DNA of 64,000 bases, taken from contig CANPOS010000006.1 in the NCBI GenBank assembly GCA_947575745.1, forward strand, positions 315 through 64,314, written 5' to 3'. Shown here piece after piece: positions 19,463-31,137 of this stretch. A program made the position numbers and the translations under genes. Numbering within the stretch: position 1 is the stretch's first letter; every line of letters starts with the position of its first letter. A model generated the notes under the pieces. The model saw only the letters and a list, made by a program, of their open reading frames with translations. It was not told the origin of the DNA and made no database searches. The DNA is from an uncultured Clostridium sp. (GTDB taxonomy: Bacteria > Bacillota > Clostridia > TANB77 > CAG-508).

Positions 19463-20043
19463 TTATTTTATTTTTAAAATTTTACCAATTATATAAAAAT
19501 TATCTGAATTTTCGACTAATATATCTTCTATACCTAAATCTTTATTTTCAGCTCTTAGAAGTGGTTGGCCTCTTCTTGAGAAAAATTTCCTAATAATAAT
19601 CTTGTCATTATAGCTAAAAATTCCATATTCTTTAGAATTTAAAGGAGTGTTTAATTCTACAAATAAATATTCTCCTTCTTTAAAAGTAGGCTCCATAGTG
19701 TTATCAGGCATTTTTACAGCAACAGCAGCACTTGGAATATCTGAAGGACAATCAATAAAACCTCCAATATTATCAATAGCTAATATTTTATTGCAAGAAA
19801 TATGATCAATAGCATTATAGCTAGCTTGTTCTACACTAAGTTCTTTATCATAAGTAAACATAAGTGGTTGGTATGGTATATCCAAAGCTTGACAAATATT
19901 TTTTAGAGCCTTATGGCTTGGATTTCTTTCTCCTTTTTCAATATGAGTTAAATGTCCAATATTAACTTCTGTTTTACTAGCGAGTTCAGTTTTTGTTATA
20001 CCTTTTTGCTTTCTAGCTTTTGCAAGCATATCCCCTATCATAA
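19463..20043 (-). CDS. LexA/CI-like repressor: XRE HTH + S24 peptidase domain
   Basis: MIGDMLAKARKQKGITKTELASKTEVNIGHLTHIEKGERNPS (HTH). The C-terminal half resembles S24 (ILAIDNIGGFIDCPSDIPSAAVAVKMPDNTMEPTF). RBS GGAGG. Confidence 0.6.
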
Positions 20044-20210
20044 AAACCTCCAAATTTATATATAATTTGATAATATTATACAAAAAAACAATAAAATTGT
20101 CTAGCAGTAAATATAAAAAAGTATATTTTAATTTGTATAGAAATAATATTGTAAAGAAGATAACTTTGTGGTAATATTGAAATATGAACAAAAGAAGGGA
20201 TGGATGAAAC

Positions 20211-21774
20211 ATGAGAAAAAGAGAAAATAATAGAATAGTATTAATGTATATATTTCTTATTTTAGCAATATTAGTTCGGTATATTTTCGACGATATTTTC
20301 GCTAATAAATTCAACTAATTCTAATATTATAAAAAATATAACAATTAGTAATATTGACGTTTCTGGATTAACAAAGCAGGAAGCGGAAGATAAACTTCAA
20401 AATATAATAAATAGTGTAAGAGATAAACAAATTACTTTAAAACATGGAGATACAGAAAAAACATTTACACTAAAACATATGGAATTCGAAGCAAACGTAC
20501 AAGAAAAAGTATTTGAAGCTTGTACGGTAGGGAGAGAAAAAAACATAATAGAAAATAATTACCAAATTTTAAAAGTAATGCTATATGGAAAAAATATAGA
20601 TTTGGATTTTTCATTTAATAATGAAATAGTACAAAGTATATATAATAATTTAGATGAAGAATGGAAAGATAAATTTATTGATAATAGCTATTACATAGAT
20701 GGTGATAAATTAATTGTAACAAAAGGAAAAAATGGAGTAATACTTGATGAAAAAGCATTAACAGAAGAAATAAATAAACTTATATTAGAAAAAATTCAAG
20801 GTAGTACTAAAAATGAAATAATAATACCTGTAGTAGAAAAGACACCAGATGAAATAGATCTAGAGAAATTAAGGAATGAAGTATATAAAGAAGCAAAAAA
20901 TGCATCTTATGATAAAAGTACCTCAAAATTAACAACACATGTAGATGGAGTGGACTTTAAAGTTACACTAGACGAAGCGAGAGCAATATTAAAAGAAGAA
21001 AAAGAGGAATACGAAATACCACTTGATATTACAAAACCAGAGATAACAACAGATAAACTAGGAGAAGAAGCTTTCCCAGAAAAATTATCAAGCTTTTCAA
21101 CAAGATATGATGCAAGTAATGTAAATAGATCAACTAATATAGAACTTGCTTCAAATGCGATAAATGGAAAGATATTATTACCAGGAGAGCAATTTTCATT
21201 TAATGGAGTAGTAGGACCTAGAACAAAAGCAAAAGGATATCAAATGGCAGGAGCTTATGCAGCAGGAGAATTAATAGAAACTTATGGAGGAGGAGTTTGT
21301 CAAGTTTCAAGTACAATATATAATGCAGTGTTATATGCAAATTTGGAGATAGTAGAAAGATCTAATCACTCGTCAGTTGTATCATATGTAGACTGTGGAA
21401 GAGATGCAACTGTGTCTTATGGTTCAAAGGATTTTAAATTTAAAAATCCAAGGACATATGCAATTAAATTAAAAGCACATGCATCAAATGGAATACTTAC
21501 AGTAGAAATATGGGGAATACCAGAAGAGGATGACGTAGAAATAGAATTAACAAGTGAAGTTACAGATGTTGTAGTATGTAATACAAAATATGTATATGAT
21601 AGCAAATTAGCACCAGGGCAAGAATATGTGGAAGCAATAGGAGCAAATGGTGCAAAAAGTATAGCATATAAAATAACTAAGAAAAATGGTAGAATAATAT
21701 CAAAAGATATACTTTCAGAAGATAGTTATAATCCTATGACAAAGATTATAAAAACTGGAAGTAAGAACCATTGA
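20211..21774 (+). CDS. VanW-family protein with an N-terminal TM anchor. One +1 shift at in-frame CGG 20277-20279.
   Basis: MRKRENNRIVLMYIFLILAILV-[CGG]-G-IFSTIFSLIN... continues in frame into ORF 20479. VanW core ...GGGVCQVSSTIYNAVLYANLEIVERSNHS... Confidence 0.7.
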
Positions 21775-21823
21775 AAAAATAGAGTAGGTAAAGTATAATA
21801 AAAAGCAGAAAGGAAGAGGGATA

Positions 21824-22432
21824 ATGGAGAGAGAAAATGTATTAAATAAAAGTATGAGAGATTATTCAAAACAAATAGATATAATGCAAATAATACTAAT
21901 ATGTATTGGAGCGTTGATAGTACCTACATTTTTAGCAAGTCTTTTAACAAAAGTATTTGGAGCAAATAGTTTTATCGCTTCACATTCACAAATAATAGTA
22001 GGTTCTATTGTAAATACAGCATTAATTGTAACAGCAATAAATGTAAAAGGTTGGAAGAAAATTGTAGGAATAATAACACTTCCAAGTATATCTACAATAC
22101 TTGGTGGTTATGTCTTTAAAACAGCATCAGTTTATATGGCATACATGATACCAGCAATATGGATTGGAAATTTTGCAATAGTTTATCTATATAAACAATT
22201 ATTGTTAAATAAAAAGTTAAATTATTTTGTAACAGGTGCTATTGCAATAGCTGTAAAAGTAGCGATTATATTTGGAGGATTTAGTTTGCTTAATATAATT
22301 GGTATATTCCCAGAAAAATTAGTACAAAATCTACAAATAGCAATGGGAACAACTCAAGCAGTTACTGCAACAATTGGAATGATAATTTCTTATACAATTT
22401 ACTTAGCAAATAAAAAAACAATTAAAAATTAG
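21824..22432 (+). CDS. Integral membrane protein (5-6 TM), unknown function
   Basis: Hydrophobic 202-aa ORF. Confidence 0.4.
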   Translation: MERENVLNKSMRDYSKQIDIMQIILICIGALIVPTFLASLLTKVFGANSFIASHSQIIVGSIVNTALIVTAINVKGWKKIVGIITLPSISTILGGYVFKTASVYMAYMIPAIWIGNFAIVYLYKQLLLNKKLNYFVTGAIAIAVKVAIIFGGFSLLNIIGIFPEKLVQNLQIAMGTTQAVTATIGMIISYTIYLANKKTIKN

Positions 22433-22552
22433 AAAGAAATGGGCGTTTCATTAGAAATGCCCATTTTACACGCGTTTTTTAAATATCAAAATGAACTAAA
22501 ACTATTGACAAATTGCTGAAATGATAATATAATAAATAACGCTTATAAATGT

Positions 22553-22628
22553 GGGTGATTAGCTCAGCTGGTAGAGCAGCTGACTCTTAATCAGAAGGTC
22601 CGGGGTTCGAAACCCCGATTGCCCACCA
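22553..22628 (+). tRNA. tRNA-Lys (anticodon CUU)
   Basis: Cloverleaf: acceptor GGGTGAT/ATTGCCC, D-arm GCTC...GAGC, anticodon loop CT-CTT-AA, T-arm CGGGG-TTCGAAA-CCCCG, 3' ACCA. One G27-A43 mismatch in the anticodon stem. Confidence 0.85.
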
Positions 22629-22717
22629 AGAAATAGCAAGGTTTTTAGGACCTTGCTTAATTTTTTTGTAGAGGGCTTGTACCAGTTTCGCACCACTTTG
22701 AAGATTTTCATTAAATT

Positions 22718-24020
22718 TTAAAATAGTAGGTATGCTGCATATAGAGGAATAGAAACAATTTTATTATTTATGCCAAAATTTCTATTTGAAATTCTAATGC
22801 CATACTCAGCATGGTATTTTTCCAGATAATTATTTAAACTTCTTGATTTTACATGAGTGCCAGCTTTTACTTCTATTGGAATAATTTTATTATTTATATT
22901 CATTACAAAATCAATTTCCATACTTTGATTTGGTTTAAAATAATATAGCTCTTTTCCATTTGTTTTTAAAATTTGAGCTACATAATTTTCAGTAAGAGCA
23001 CCTTTAAAGATATTATCTTCACTTATCAAAATATCTGAATAATTAATGTCGCTAAGTGTTGAAAGTAAGCCAACATCACTTAAATAAATTTTAAAACTTG
23101 ATTGTTCTATATATGCTTTAAGTGGAGCTTGAGTTTTTTCCACTTTGATTGATTTATAAACTAATCCTGCTGATAATAGCCAATCTAATGGAAGTTCGTA
23201 ATCTCTCCTGTTAGCAGTTTGCTTTATAATGTTATATTTAAATTTTGCATTTTCTTTTGCTAATTGTCGAGGAATCGATTCATAAATTTCATTTATTTTA
23301 ATCGTTTCTGCTGCACTTATTGTATATTTTCTCATATCTGCTATATAAGACATTATTATAGAATTGTGTATTTCCTTATCAAATTTCATTACATTTCGAT
23401 CATTTTTTATATAATTTAATACAGCCTGAGGCATACCACCAACTAATAAATAATCTTGATAATATTTAATAGCTTTATTGTGCAATATTTCTATTAAAGG
23501 TTCTCTTTTGATAAAACTTTCTTTAATTATTTCTGCAAGTTTTTCTTCTTCTATTGCCCATAGAAACTCTTCGAAATCCATTGGACACATTTCTAGAATA
23601 CGAACTTTGCCAACAGGAAAAGAGGTTTCAAATCTATTAATTTTTACTCCTAATAAACTTCCTGCACAAATGATCTTATATTTTTCTTTTGCCTCACAAA
23701 AATATTTTAGTGAAGTAATTGCCTTTTCTGATACTTGAACCTCATCAAAGAATAATATATCTTTTTCAATATCTATATTTTTTCCAATAATTGCTTCTAT
23801 ATATTTTATTATTTCTTTTGGTTCCATTGTTTTTTCAAAAATACTTGATAATTCACTATTTTTTTCGAAATTAAGATATACATAGTTTTCAAAATTTTCT
23901 TTACAGAATTCGGTTATTATATATGTTTTTCCAACTTGCCTTGCACCTGTAACTAATAGAGGCGTATTTATTTCATTTTCTTTCCAATATAACAATTTTT
24001 CAAAAAATTTTCTTTTCATG
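22718..24020 (-). CDS. AAA+ ATPase, DUF4143-type (ATPase + C-terminal restriction-endonuclease-like domain)
   Basis: Walker A GARQVGKT, Walker B ILFFDEVQ. RBS GGAGGAAAC before MKRKFF. Confidence 0.65.
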
Positions 24021-24139
24021 TTTCCTCCTATGTAGTTTATTATAGCATAATCATATAAAAATATCAATAAAAATGAAAATGTTCATTTTTTTACTAATAT
24101 TTTTTTGAATATTTTCAATTTTTTACTTATTCAGGGAAG

Positions 24140-24164
24140 CAGCTGACTCTTAATCAGAAGGTCT
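24140..24164 (+). repeat. 25-bp direct repeat of the tRNA-Lys anticodon arm (copy of 22576-22600)
   Basis: GCAGCTGACTCTTAATCAGAAGGTC is identical to tRNA positions 24-48. It flanks the ~1.5 kb ATPase segment. Confidence 0.7.
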
Positions 24165-24502
24165 GTTTAATGTCTTTATCTTATTATTGTATCCTTCTAT
24201 TGGCCAGTTTTAATAGAGTACCTCTAGTGTATTCTTCTCTCTATTACCCAATTAAAATATGTTTTAGCACAAGCTTTTAATCCTAATATAACATAGGCAA
24301 ATAAGTGAAAATAATTGCATTTACATAAAAAATATACTATAATAGCAAACATAAATGTAGAAATATTATATAAAGGATAGGAATTATTGTGAGGAAAGAG
24401 AAAAAAATATATTGGATTTTGAAAATTGACAAGACTAAAGATATAAGATTCTGTAAAAATATATATAGATACGAAGGAATTAAACCTAAAAGCGAACAAA
24501 AA

Positions 24503-24892
24503 ATGAAAATATTTATTGCAAATAAAAACGAAGAAATTATTAACAAAGTAATTAACGCAATTTCTGTGTTAAAATATGTTGATATAATTGGAACTGCAAA
24601 ATCTGGAAAAGATGCTTTAGAAAGAATATTACAAATGAAACCAGATGTTGTATTCTTGCAATATGATTTCGAAGATTTATCAGGATATAATATTATGTCA
24701 GAAATAGCAGAAACATTGCAGATAGATGTACCTATATTTAATATATTTTCAGATATTATTCCTGATAATGAATTGATGAAACTTTTAGAGAATAGATATA
24801 TAAAATTAAATGGTTGGGTTTTTGATAATATAGATAAAGAAGAAATGATAGAAATAGTAAAGCTTCATAAAGCATATAGGGATAAAGATTAA
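24503..24892 (+). CDS. Receiver-domain-like protein, paralog of 6685..7191
   Basis: MKIFIANKNEEIINKVINAISVLKYVDIIGTAKSGKDALERILQMKPDVVFLQYDFEDLSGYNIM... Confidence 0.5.
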   Translation: MKIFIANKNEEIINKVINAISVLKYVDIIGTAKSGKDALERILQMKPDVVFLQYDFEDLSGYNIMSEIAETLQIDVPIFNIFSDIIPDNELMKLLENRYIKLNGWVFDNIDKEEMIEIVKLHKAYRDKD

Positions 24893-24988
24893 ATATTTAA
24901 GAATTTGTGATAAAGAATAAAATCAATAAGAGTAAAATTGGTTTTAGTTGACAAACTTAGTGAAGTGTTATAGAGTTAATTTATAAAA

Positions 24989-25306
24989 TTGAATTTAATA
25001 GGAGGAGAGAAAATGAATAAAAAAAAGATATTAATAGGAATATTATTAGTAGCAAGTGTAGTATTAGTGTTATGGTTAATAACCTTTGGTATTGATTATT
25101 ATAGATGTGTACATTTTAAAGCACCCATATTTACTACTAGTAGTATGATACTTGAATCAGGATATGAAAATAAGGCAGAAAGTCGTGTCGATTATTGTCT
25201 TGGATATCATGTAGCATATTTAACAACAATAAATTTAGAAAACAATTGCAGAGAGATAGAAAGGTTATCTATGTATCTTTTTGGAAAATGTATATTAAAT
25301 GTCTAA
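24989..25306 (+). CDS. Small membrane-anchored protein
   Basis: N-terminal TM segment ILIGILLVASVVLVLWLITF. Confidence 0.35.
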   Translation: MNLIGGEKMNKKKILIGILLVASVVLVLWLITFGIDYYRCVHFKAPIFTTSSMILESGYENKAESRVDYCLGYHVAYLTTINLENNCREIERLSMYLFGKCILNV

Positions 25307-25435
25307 AATGAGAAGCTATATAATGACGTATATGCCAAATTTTGTCTAATTTTGTCAACAAAAGTTCCTTGTAAAATATGCCATTATCATGACATAACTA
25401 ACATATAATATAAAAAAGAAAGGAGAGATTAAGTA

Positions 25436-26437
25436 ATGAAAAAACTAATAATGACGTTATTTATTATATGTCTAATTAGTGTTTTATTTACATTGAATTG
25501 TAAGGTTGAAGCATCCATGTTAGAAGAAAAAGTATTCACAATGACAGATGAAGAACATGCTGAAGAACAAGATGATGACATAGCAGACCATATAATGGTA
25601 TACGATGCTATAACAGGAGAAACAAAGAAAGCTAATATTGAAATGACAACTTCAAAAACTAAATCCGTAGAAAGCATAGAAGGATATTCTCCAAAAAAAG
25701 CATATACATCAAATATTTTTAATGCAATAAATGATTTAATGAGTGGAAGAGCTACTAATTATCTCATTAAAATTCCTAATCCAAAGGAACAGCCATATTG
25801 TAAAACTTTGAAAGTGAGAGGCTATGATTCAAAAGGAGCAAGATTTCATGGAACAGCTGCACTAATTGGACCTAAAATAGCTCTAACTGCTGCACACTGC
25901 ATTTGGGATGATACAAATAATGATTACACATTTAGAAATTGGATGTGTTGGCCAGGTTATGATATGAATACTTGCCTAGCAGCTGGGGCTGGTTGGACAA
26001 GAGTTTTCTTCGATGAAAGATGGAAAACTACTCACAGACGTGAGTATGATTGGGCTATAGTTGTTTTAGAGAAGGATTATTCTAATGTTGTTGGTTGGTA
26101 CGGGGTTAACAGGTATGAAGACTATAAACTACTTGAAACACAACCAGTAACACTTTTAGGTTTTCCAGGTGTTCCACCTAAAAACGAGCCAACGGATGAA
26201 TGGCCATATTATGATACTATGTATGGCTCTAATGGTACTGTTCTCCAGGCTAATGAGGTTAATTATCTTCATTCAGCGGCGACTGCGGGTGGAATGAGTG
26301 GTGGACCTATTATTGAGAAAGCGACAGGGAAAATTCTTGGAATCCATATAGGCAAACAGGAAGGTAGTTCTTATCCTTTAGCTGTTAGAATAACTACACA
26401 GATAATTAATAGTGCTAGAGAGGCATTAAAGTATTAA
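25436..26437 (+). CDS. Secreted trypsin-like serine peptidase (S1 family, glutamyl-endopeptidase-like)
   Basis: Signal peptide, then the His motif TAAHC, and a GMSGGP motif that replaces the usual GDSGGP. Confidence 0.6.
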   Translation: MKKLIMTLFIICLISVLFTLNCKVEASMLEEKVFTMTDEEHAEEQDDDIADHIMVYDAITGETKKANIEMTTSKTKSVESIEGYSPKKAYTSNIFNAINDLMSGRATNYLIKIPNPKEQPYCKTLKVRGYDSKGARFHGTAALIGPKIALTAAHCIWDDTNNDYTFRNWMCWPGYDMNTCLAAGAGWTRVFFDERWKTTHRREYDWAIVVLEKDYSNVVGWYGVNRYEDYKLLETQPVTLLGFPGVPPKNEPTDEWPYYDTMYGSNGTVLQANEVNYLHSAATAGGMSGGPIIEKATGKILGIHIGKQEGSSYPLAVRITTQIINSAREALKY

Positions 26438-26691
26438 AAGATTATAGCACAGAATTGACAAGGTTTGAAAAAAAGATACAAAAGATACAACAATAGATGA
26501 AACAATTAAGTTAAAAAATGAAATATATACAAAAATTAGAGTGTATATAACAGAAAAAACATATAATCCATTAATATACTAAAATCCTTCCAAAACCTTG
26601 AAAAATAGATATATTCTATAACTACCCATAAAGGTATACTTTAGGCATAGCTACTGAAATTTTAGTTAGTAGTAACACATCTACATTTTCT

Positions 26692-27450
26692 CTAGCTATT
26701 TACTAACTTTTCAAAACTATTTTTATTTAATAAAGTATTTGAAACAAACTTGCCGTCTTTGAAATTAGCCCAGTTATTAAATACGCAAGGGGCATTTTTT
26801 GCTTTTTCTAATGAATCTATTTTAATGAAATTAATTTTAATATTATTTTCCTTTGAATATTCTGTTAACTCATTTACTTCATGTTCAACATAAGGACATT
26901 CTGGACTATAATAAATTGTGAAATCCTTACTATCAATTTCCATACTTCTAGTTGTTTCACTGAATTTAGGAGTATCACTTTTATCGAACTGTAATGCCAA
27001 TAATTCATAATCTCCAATTTCATCTACAACTTTAAATCCGAAATGTTCAAAAAATTTCTTTTCGCCTAAAAATGGTTTTTTCTTTTTCGAAGTTAAAGTA
27101 CAAATTCCACTCATATTTTTTTCTTTTGAATCATTTATTGCATACTCTAACAATTCTCTAGCAATGCCTTTTCCTTTAAAACTACCAGCTACCCATAAGC
27201 AATAAATATATTCATAATTTTTACCAATTATAGGAACCCATGCTGTTTCAATTGGTTCATATTCAATAAATATTTTTCCTCTAGCATTTAATTTCCTAAA
27301 TACATGCCCGTCATTTAATTTGCTTTTAATCCATTCCTTTTTATTATTAACACCCTCTTTATGCTTTGGATCACCTATTGCACAACATACATGTTCAGTT
27401 TCAATATTTTCTAATGTTAAATTTATATATTCGTTCATTTTAACCTCCAT
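26692..27450 (-). CDS. GNAT-family N-acetyltransferase with a C-terminal extension
   Basis: ...LWVAGSFKGKGIARELLEYA... acetyl-CoA binding motif. Confidence 0.5.
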   Translation of the reverse strand: MEVKMNEYINLTLENIETEHVCCAIGDPKHKEGVNNKKEWIKSKLNDGHVFRKLNARGKIFIEYEPIETAWVPIIGKNYEYIYCLWVAGSFKGKGIARELLEYAINDSKEKNMSGICTLTSKKKKPFLGEKKFFEHFGFKVVDEIGDYELLALQFDKSDTPKFSETTRSMEIDSKDFTIYYSPECPYVEHEVNELTEYSKENNIKINFIKIDSLEKAKNAPCVFNNWANFKDGKFVSNTLLNKNSFEKLVNS

Positions 27451-27600
27451 TCAAGCAAATTTGCTCTAGCAAATATTTTATTTAATAACCTCTTTATGAA
27501 ATTTGCGAGAATGCAAGAGGTTAAAATTAGCCATCTAAAAATTCGGAGAATTTTGAGGGCGATGGAATTTACGTTAGTGTGAAAAACTTGTTTTTTCACA

Positions 27601-28242
27601 CTAACCTCTCTCCTTTTTTATAGGATGCCTTATAACTGTTTTTAATTTATTTACTTCACATTTTCTTGGATCACTTAGATAAATTTCGTGATGAAATCTA
27701 GTGTCGGTTATATCCAATTCATAGCCATTTTCATTAATATATTCATGCATTAAATTTATAGTAGCAGGTTCATTATCATAAGAACCTATATGCATACACT
27801 GAACACAAGTACCTTCATCATATCCTAAGAATTCGACTTTAGAAAAATCTTGATTCTTCTTTTTTGTAGCTTCTTGGATTGCCCAATCAAAATCTTTTTT
27901 TGTTACAAAATCTGGTAGTCTGATTACAGAGATAAAATTAAATTTATCTTTACTATTATAATCTATACCATGATAATTTCCGTCTTGCCACCAAAAACCT
28001 TCAAGAGGCGGAACTACATATTCAAAATAGCCGTCAATTTTATAATTACCTTTATAGCTCATTTTTATAGTAAAAGCAATGGTATACAAAAGCCCTATTG
28101 AGGCTTTATACTCGCCATTTTCGATATTAGGATCTCCTTTTCCTCTTACAGCTATATAATTCATTTGAGGGATTGTAACTATACTAGGTTTGTTTTTAGG
28201 CATATAAAATTCCTTGTATTCTTTTTTGTAATCAAAAGCCAT
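27601..28242 (-). CDS. GyrI-like small-molecule-binding domain protein
   Basis: 213 aa, weak similarity to AraC effector-binding / GyrI-like folds. Confidence 0.3.
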   Translation of the reverse strand: MAFDYKKEYKEFYMPKNKPSIVTIPQMNYIAVRGKGDPNIENGEYKASIGLLYTIAFTIKMSYKGNYKIDGYFEYVVPPLEGFWWQDGNYHGIDYNSKDKFNFISVIRLPDFVTKKDFDWAIQEATKKKNQDFSKVEFLGYDEGTCVQCMHIGSYDNEPATINLMHEYINENGYELDITDTRFHHEIYLSDPRKCEVNKLKTVIRHPIKKERG

Positions 28243-28279
28243 TTATTATCATTCCCTTCTTTTTAAAACTATATTTAAT

Positions 28280-28744
28280 TTAATCTTCAATTGCAATATA
28301 AATGTGAATTTCCTGATTTTCCATATCTTCAGAATTGTTTTGATACTCCTCAAAATCACAAGTATATTTCCTTTTTAAATCCATACTCCAAATCTCTTGC
28401 CAAGCTTGTCCTACTGAATTTTGAACATCCCCTTTTATGATAAATTTAGCATATTTTCCCTTTGGAATGATCTTACAAACAGTTTCTTCGGTATTTTCTA
28501 GCTTTTTATCAACTTCAGCTCCTGCAATAAATATATAAGGTTTTGTGAAATCTCCTTCATATTCTGTATATAACCCTATTGTTTTATTATTCAATCTACT
28601 TGGTATTTTATCATAAATACCATTTGCAAACAACCTTTGCCAAGTTAAACCAATATCTTGTATAGCCTTTCCGTCTTGATTAGTTGTTTTTACCTTAATC
28701 CCTATAACAACTTTTTCTTCTAATTCTACAATTTCATATTTCAT
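28280..28744 (-). CDS. GyrI-like / AraC effector-binding domain protein
   Basis: 154 aa, ...IPKGKYAKFIIKGDVQNSVGQAWQEIW... typical of the GyrI-like fold. Confidence 0.4.
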   Translation of the reverse strand: MKYEIVELEEKVVIGIKVKTTNQDGKAIQDIGLTWQRLFANGIYDKIPSRLNNKTIGLYTEYEGDFTKPYIFIAGAEVDKKLENTEETVCKIIPKGKYAKFIIKGDVQNSVGQAWQEIWSMDLKRKYTCDFEEYQNNSEDMENQEIHIYIAIED

Positions 28745-28814
28745 AATATTTACCTCCTATGGGTAAGTATATATTACTTAATATGACAACTATATGTCAT
28801 ATTATATTAAAAAG

Positions 28815-29726
28815 TTATAAATAATTTTTTAAAGTATTTTGTAATTTTGCTCTTATAATCTTTTTTACCCTATTAGGAGATAAAACTTTTATATACTCTC
28901 CAAAAGACAAAATGTAGCCATAAACCCATTCGTTTTCTGGAAATTCTACTTTAACAACAAAATTACCATTTTCTTTTTTAGTTATTTCATTATATTCAAA
29001 TTCATCATATACTCTATAAGTCATATCTTTGCTTATTTCTAATTCAAGTAATACACTTTTAAAATCTGATTTTTCTTCTTTTGACTCTTTAGGTAAGTCT
29101 CTTTCAAAATGTTCATCTAATATTTTAATTTGTTTTATCCTAGTAATCTTAAATATTCTATAATCTTCTTTTAATCTACAATAACTTATTAAATACCAAG
29201 ATTTATCTTTGAAGTAAATTTGTAATGGTTCTACAGTTCTTTTTGTTTCTTGTCCATTAGAATTATAATAAACAAATTCGATTAGATTATTATTTAATAT
29301 TGCAGACTTAATAATATCAAACTTAGCATCTTGAGAATTTTCTTTTCCCCAGTTAGAAAAATCGACTTTTATCCAATCATTTACTTCTTTATTGAACAAT
29401 AAACTTAACTTTTCTAAAACGTTTTTGTCCTCTTGTCCACCAATTTTTTTCATTCCTTGCAGAGCAAATAGAATTTGATTTTGATCTTCCGCAGAAAGAA
29501 TAGTTTTATTTAGAATATATTCATCTAAAATTCCAATTCCACCAGATTTTCCTTGAGACATATAAATTGGGATATTTGCACTGCTTAATATTTCAATATC
29601 TCTATATATGGTTCTTGTAGACACTTCAAACCTTTCTGCTAATTCTTTTGCTGTAACTTTTTTCTTTTCCATTAATATATATAATATTTCAAATAATCTA
29701 TTATTTATTTGCATGATAACCTCCAT
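28815..29726 (-). CDS. HTH + WYL-domain transcriptional regulator (YafY-like)
   Basis: N-terminal HTH (VTAKELAERFEVSTRTIYRDIEIL) and a C-terminal WYL-like region. Confidence 0.55.
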   Translation of the reverse strand: MEVIMQINNRLFEILYILMEKKKVTAKELAERFEVSTRTIYRDIEILSSANIPIYMSQGKSGGIGILDEYILNKTILSAEDQNQILFALQGMKKIGGQEDKNVLEKLSLLFNKEVNDWIKVDFSNWGKENSQDAKFDIIKSAILNNNLIEFVYYNSNGQETKRTVEPLQIYFKDKSWYLISYCRLKEDYRIFKITRIKQIKILDEHFERDLPKESKEEKSDFKSVLLELEISKDMTYRVYDEFEYNEITKKENGNFVVKVEFPENEWVYGYILSFGEYIKVLSPNRVKKIIRAKLQNTLKNYL

Positions 29727-29821
29727 TCAAGCAAATCTTGTTAGTATAAATATTATACCACATAAATATGACATCTGCATGTCATATTAAAAAACTCCTT
29801 ATTAAAAAGGAGCTTTTTCAA

Positions 29822-30085
29822 TTAATGCATATTTCTAAAAGGATGCTTAAATTTGTTTTTTAATTCTAATATTATAATTTTCATTGAAATATCATAAATA
29901 TTTTCCGCTTCATCTTCAGAAAAAGAATTAGAAACTAAATCATTAATAATTTTTTCTTTATTATTTTTACCAATAATAAAATGATTTTCTAAAATATTAA
30001 CTATAACAATACATTTTTCTTCACTGTAACCTATTTTTTCTTGTAGTTCACTTATAAATCCATTTTTATTCATTTTCATCACCAT
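29822..30085 (-). CDS. Hypothetical small protein
   Basis: 87-aa ORF, overlaps the start of the upstream XRE gene. Confidence 0.3.
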   Translation of the reverse strand: MVMKMNKNGFISELQEKIGYSEEKCIVIVNILENHFIIGKNNKEKIINDLVSNSFSEDEAENIYDISMKIIILELKNKFKHPFRNMH

Positions 30086-30986
30086 ATATCTTTCCTTTAG
30101 AATCTAACTGTATTTCATAACCATATTCAAAAATGTATGACATACTAAACAAGAACAAAATATAAATAAGATCAAATAATTCGAAACCAATACCTAAATC
30201 TTGTTTAAATACTAATTCAGCTATAACACCACCAATATTAGGTAGTAAAGTTGCAACAATCATAAATATAGCCATTCTTTTAATATGTCTAACATTTTCT
30301 AAAGTAAAAGGTGTATCACCATTATATATATTTACAAATAAATTTTCTAAATGTATTAATATCATTATAAATAAAACTAAAGTTGCAACTAAAAATACAA
30401 AAGCAGTTTCAATAAGTCCAATAAACACTATTAAAGATCCATTTTCCATATTATCTAATACATTTTTTACTATAAGTTGTTCATTTGGGTTTTCTATAAT
30501 TTTTTCTTGACCTTTGTACATAAATACTAAAGTATTATCTTGAGATTTATATTCGATTTTTTCTCCATATACTTGAACTTCATTGCCCTCTACCTTTATA
30601 TTACTAGAGATAAAAGGTGTCCCAAGCATTGTTGATATAACGCAAATTATACCTGCAATACAAAGAATTTTAGCAATTCTTGCAATAATGTAAATTATTT
30701 TGCTTAAAACTTTTACTTTAATCTGCTTTTCCTTCTTAAATTTAACTACGCTCATTTTAACATTTTCATCTAATGAATTAAAATCGGTTATACTCTCATG
30801 CACTAAATCATTTAATTTACAATGAAAAATATCACATAATTTTAATATGTTATCCATTTCTGGATAGCTTTCACCACACTCCCATTTTGAGATACTCTGT
30901 CTTGAAACACCTACCTTTTCTGCTAATTTCTCCTGTGAAATATTTTTAAATTTTCTTAAATTTCGTAAATTATCTCCAAATTTCAT
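30066..30986 (-). CDS. XRE-family HTH regulator fused to a multi-TM membrane domain
   Basis: MKFGDNLRNLRKFKNISQEKLAEKVGVSRQSISKWE... followed by four or five hydrophobic helices. Confidence 0.55.
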   Translation of the reverse strand: MKFGDNLRNLRKFKNISQEKLAEKVGVSRQSISKWECGESYPEMDNILKLCDIFHCKLNDLVHESITDFNSLDENVKMSVVKFKKEKQIKVKVLSKIIYIIARIAKILCIAGIICVISTMLGTPFISSNIKVEGNEVQVYGEKIEYKSQDNTLVFMYKGQEKIIENPNEQLIVKNVLDNMENGSLIVFIGLIETAFVFLVATLVLFIMILIHLENLFVNIYNGDTPFTLENVRHIKRMAIFMIVATLLPNIGGVIAELVFKQDLGIGFELFDLIYILFLFSMSYIFEYGYEIQLDSKGKIYGDENE

Positions 30987-31137
30987 TAGACTACTTCCTC
31001 CTTTATAGTTAATTTTAGAATTTTATTCATATAAATTCTACCAACTTTGAGTTGCATTTTTAAAATTATTTCCTAAAAAAGTCAAATTAAAAACAACTTC
31101 TTTATTTTAGAAAGTTGTTTTTAACAATTTTACATAT

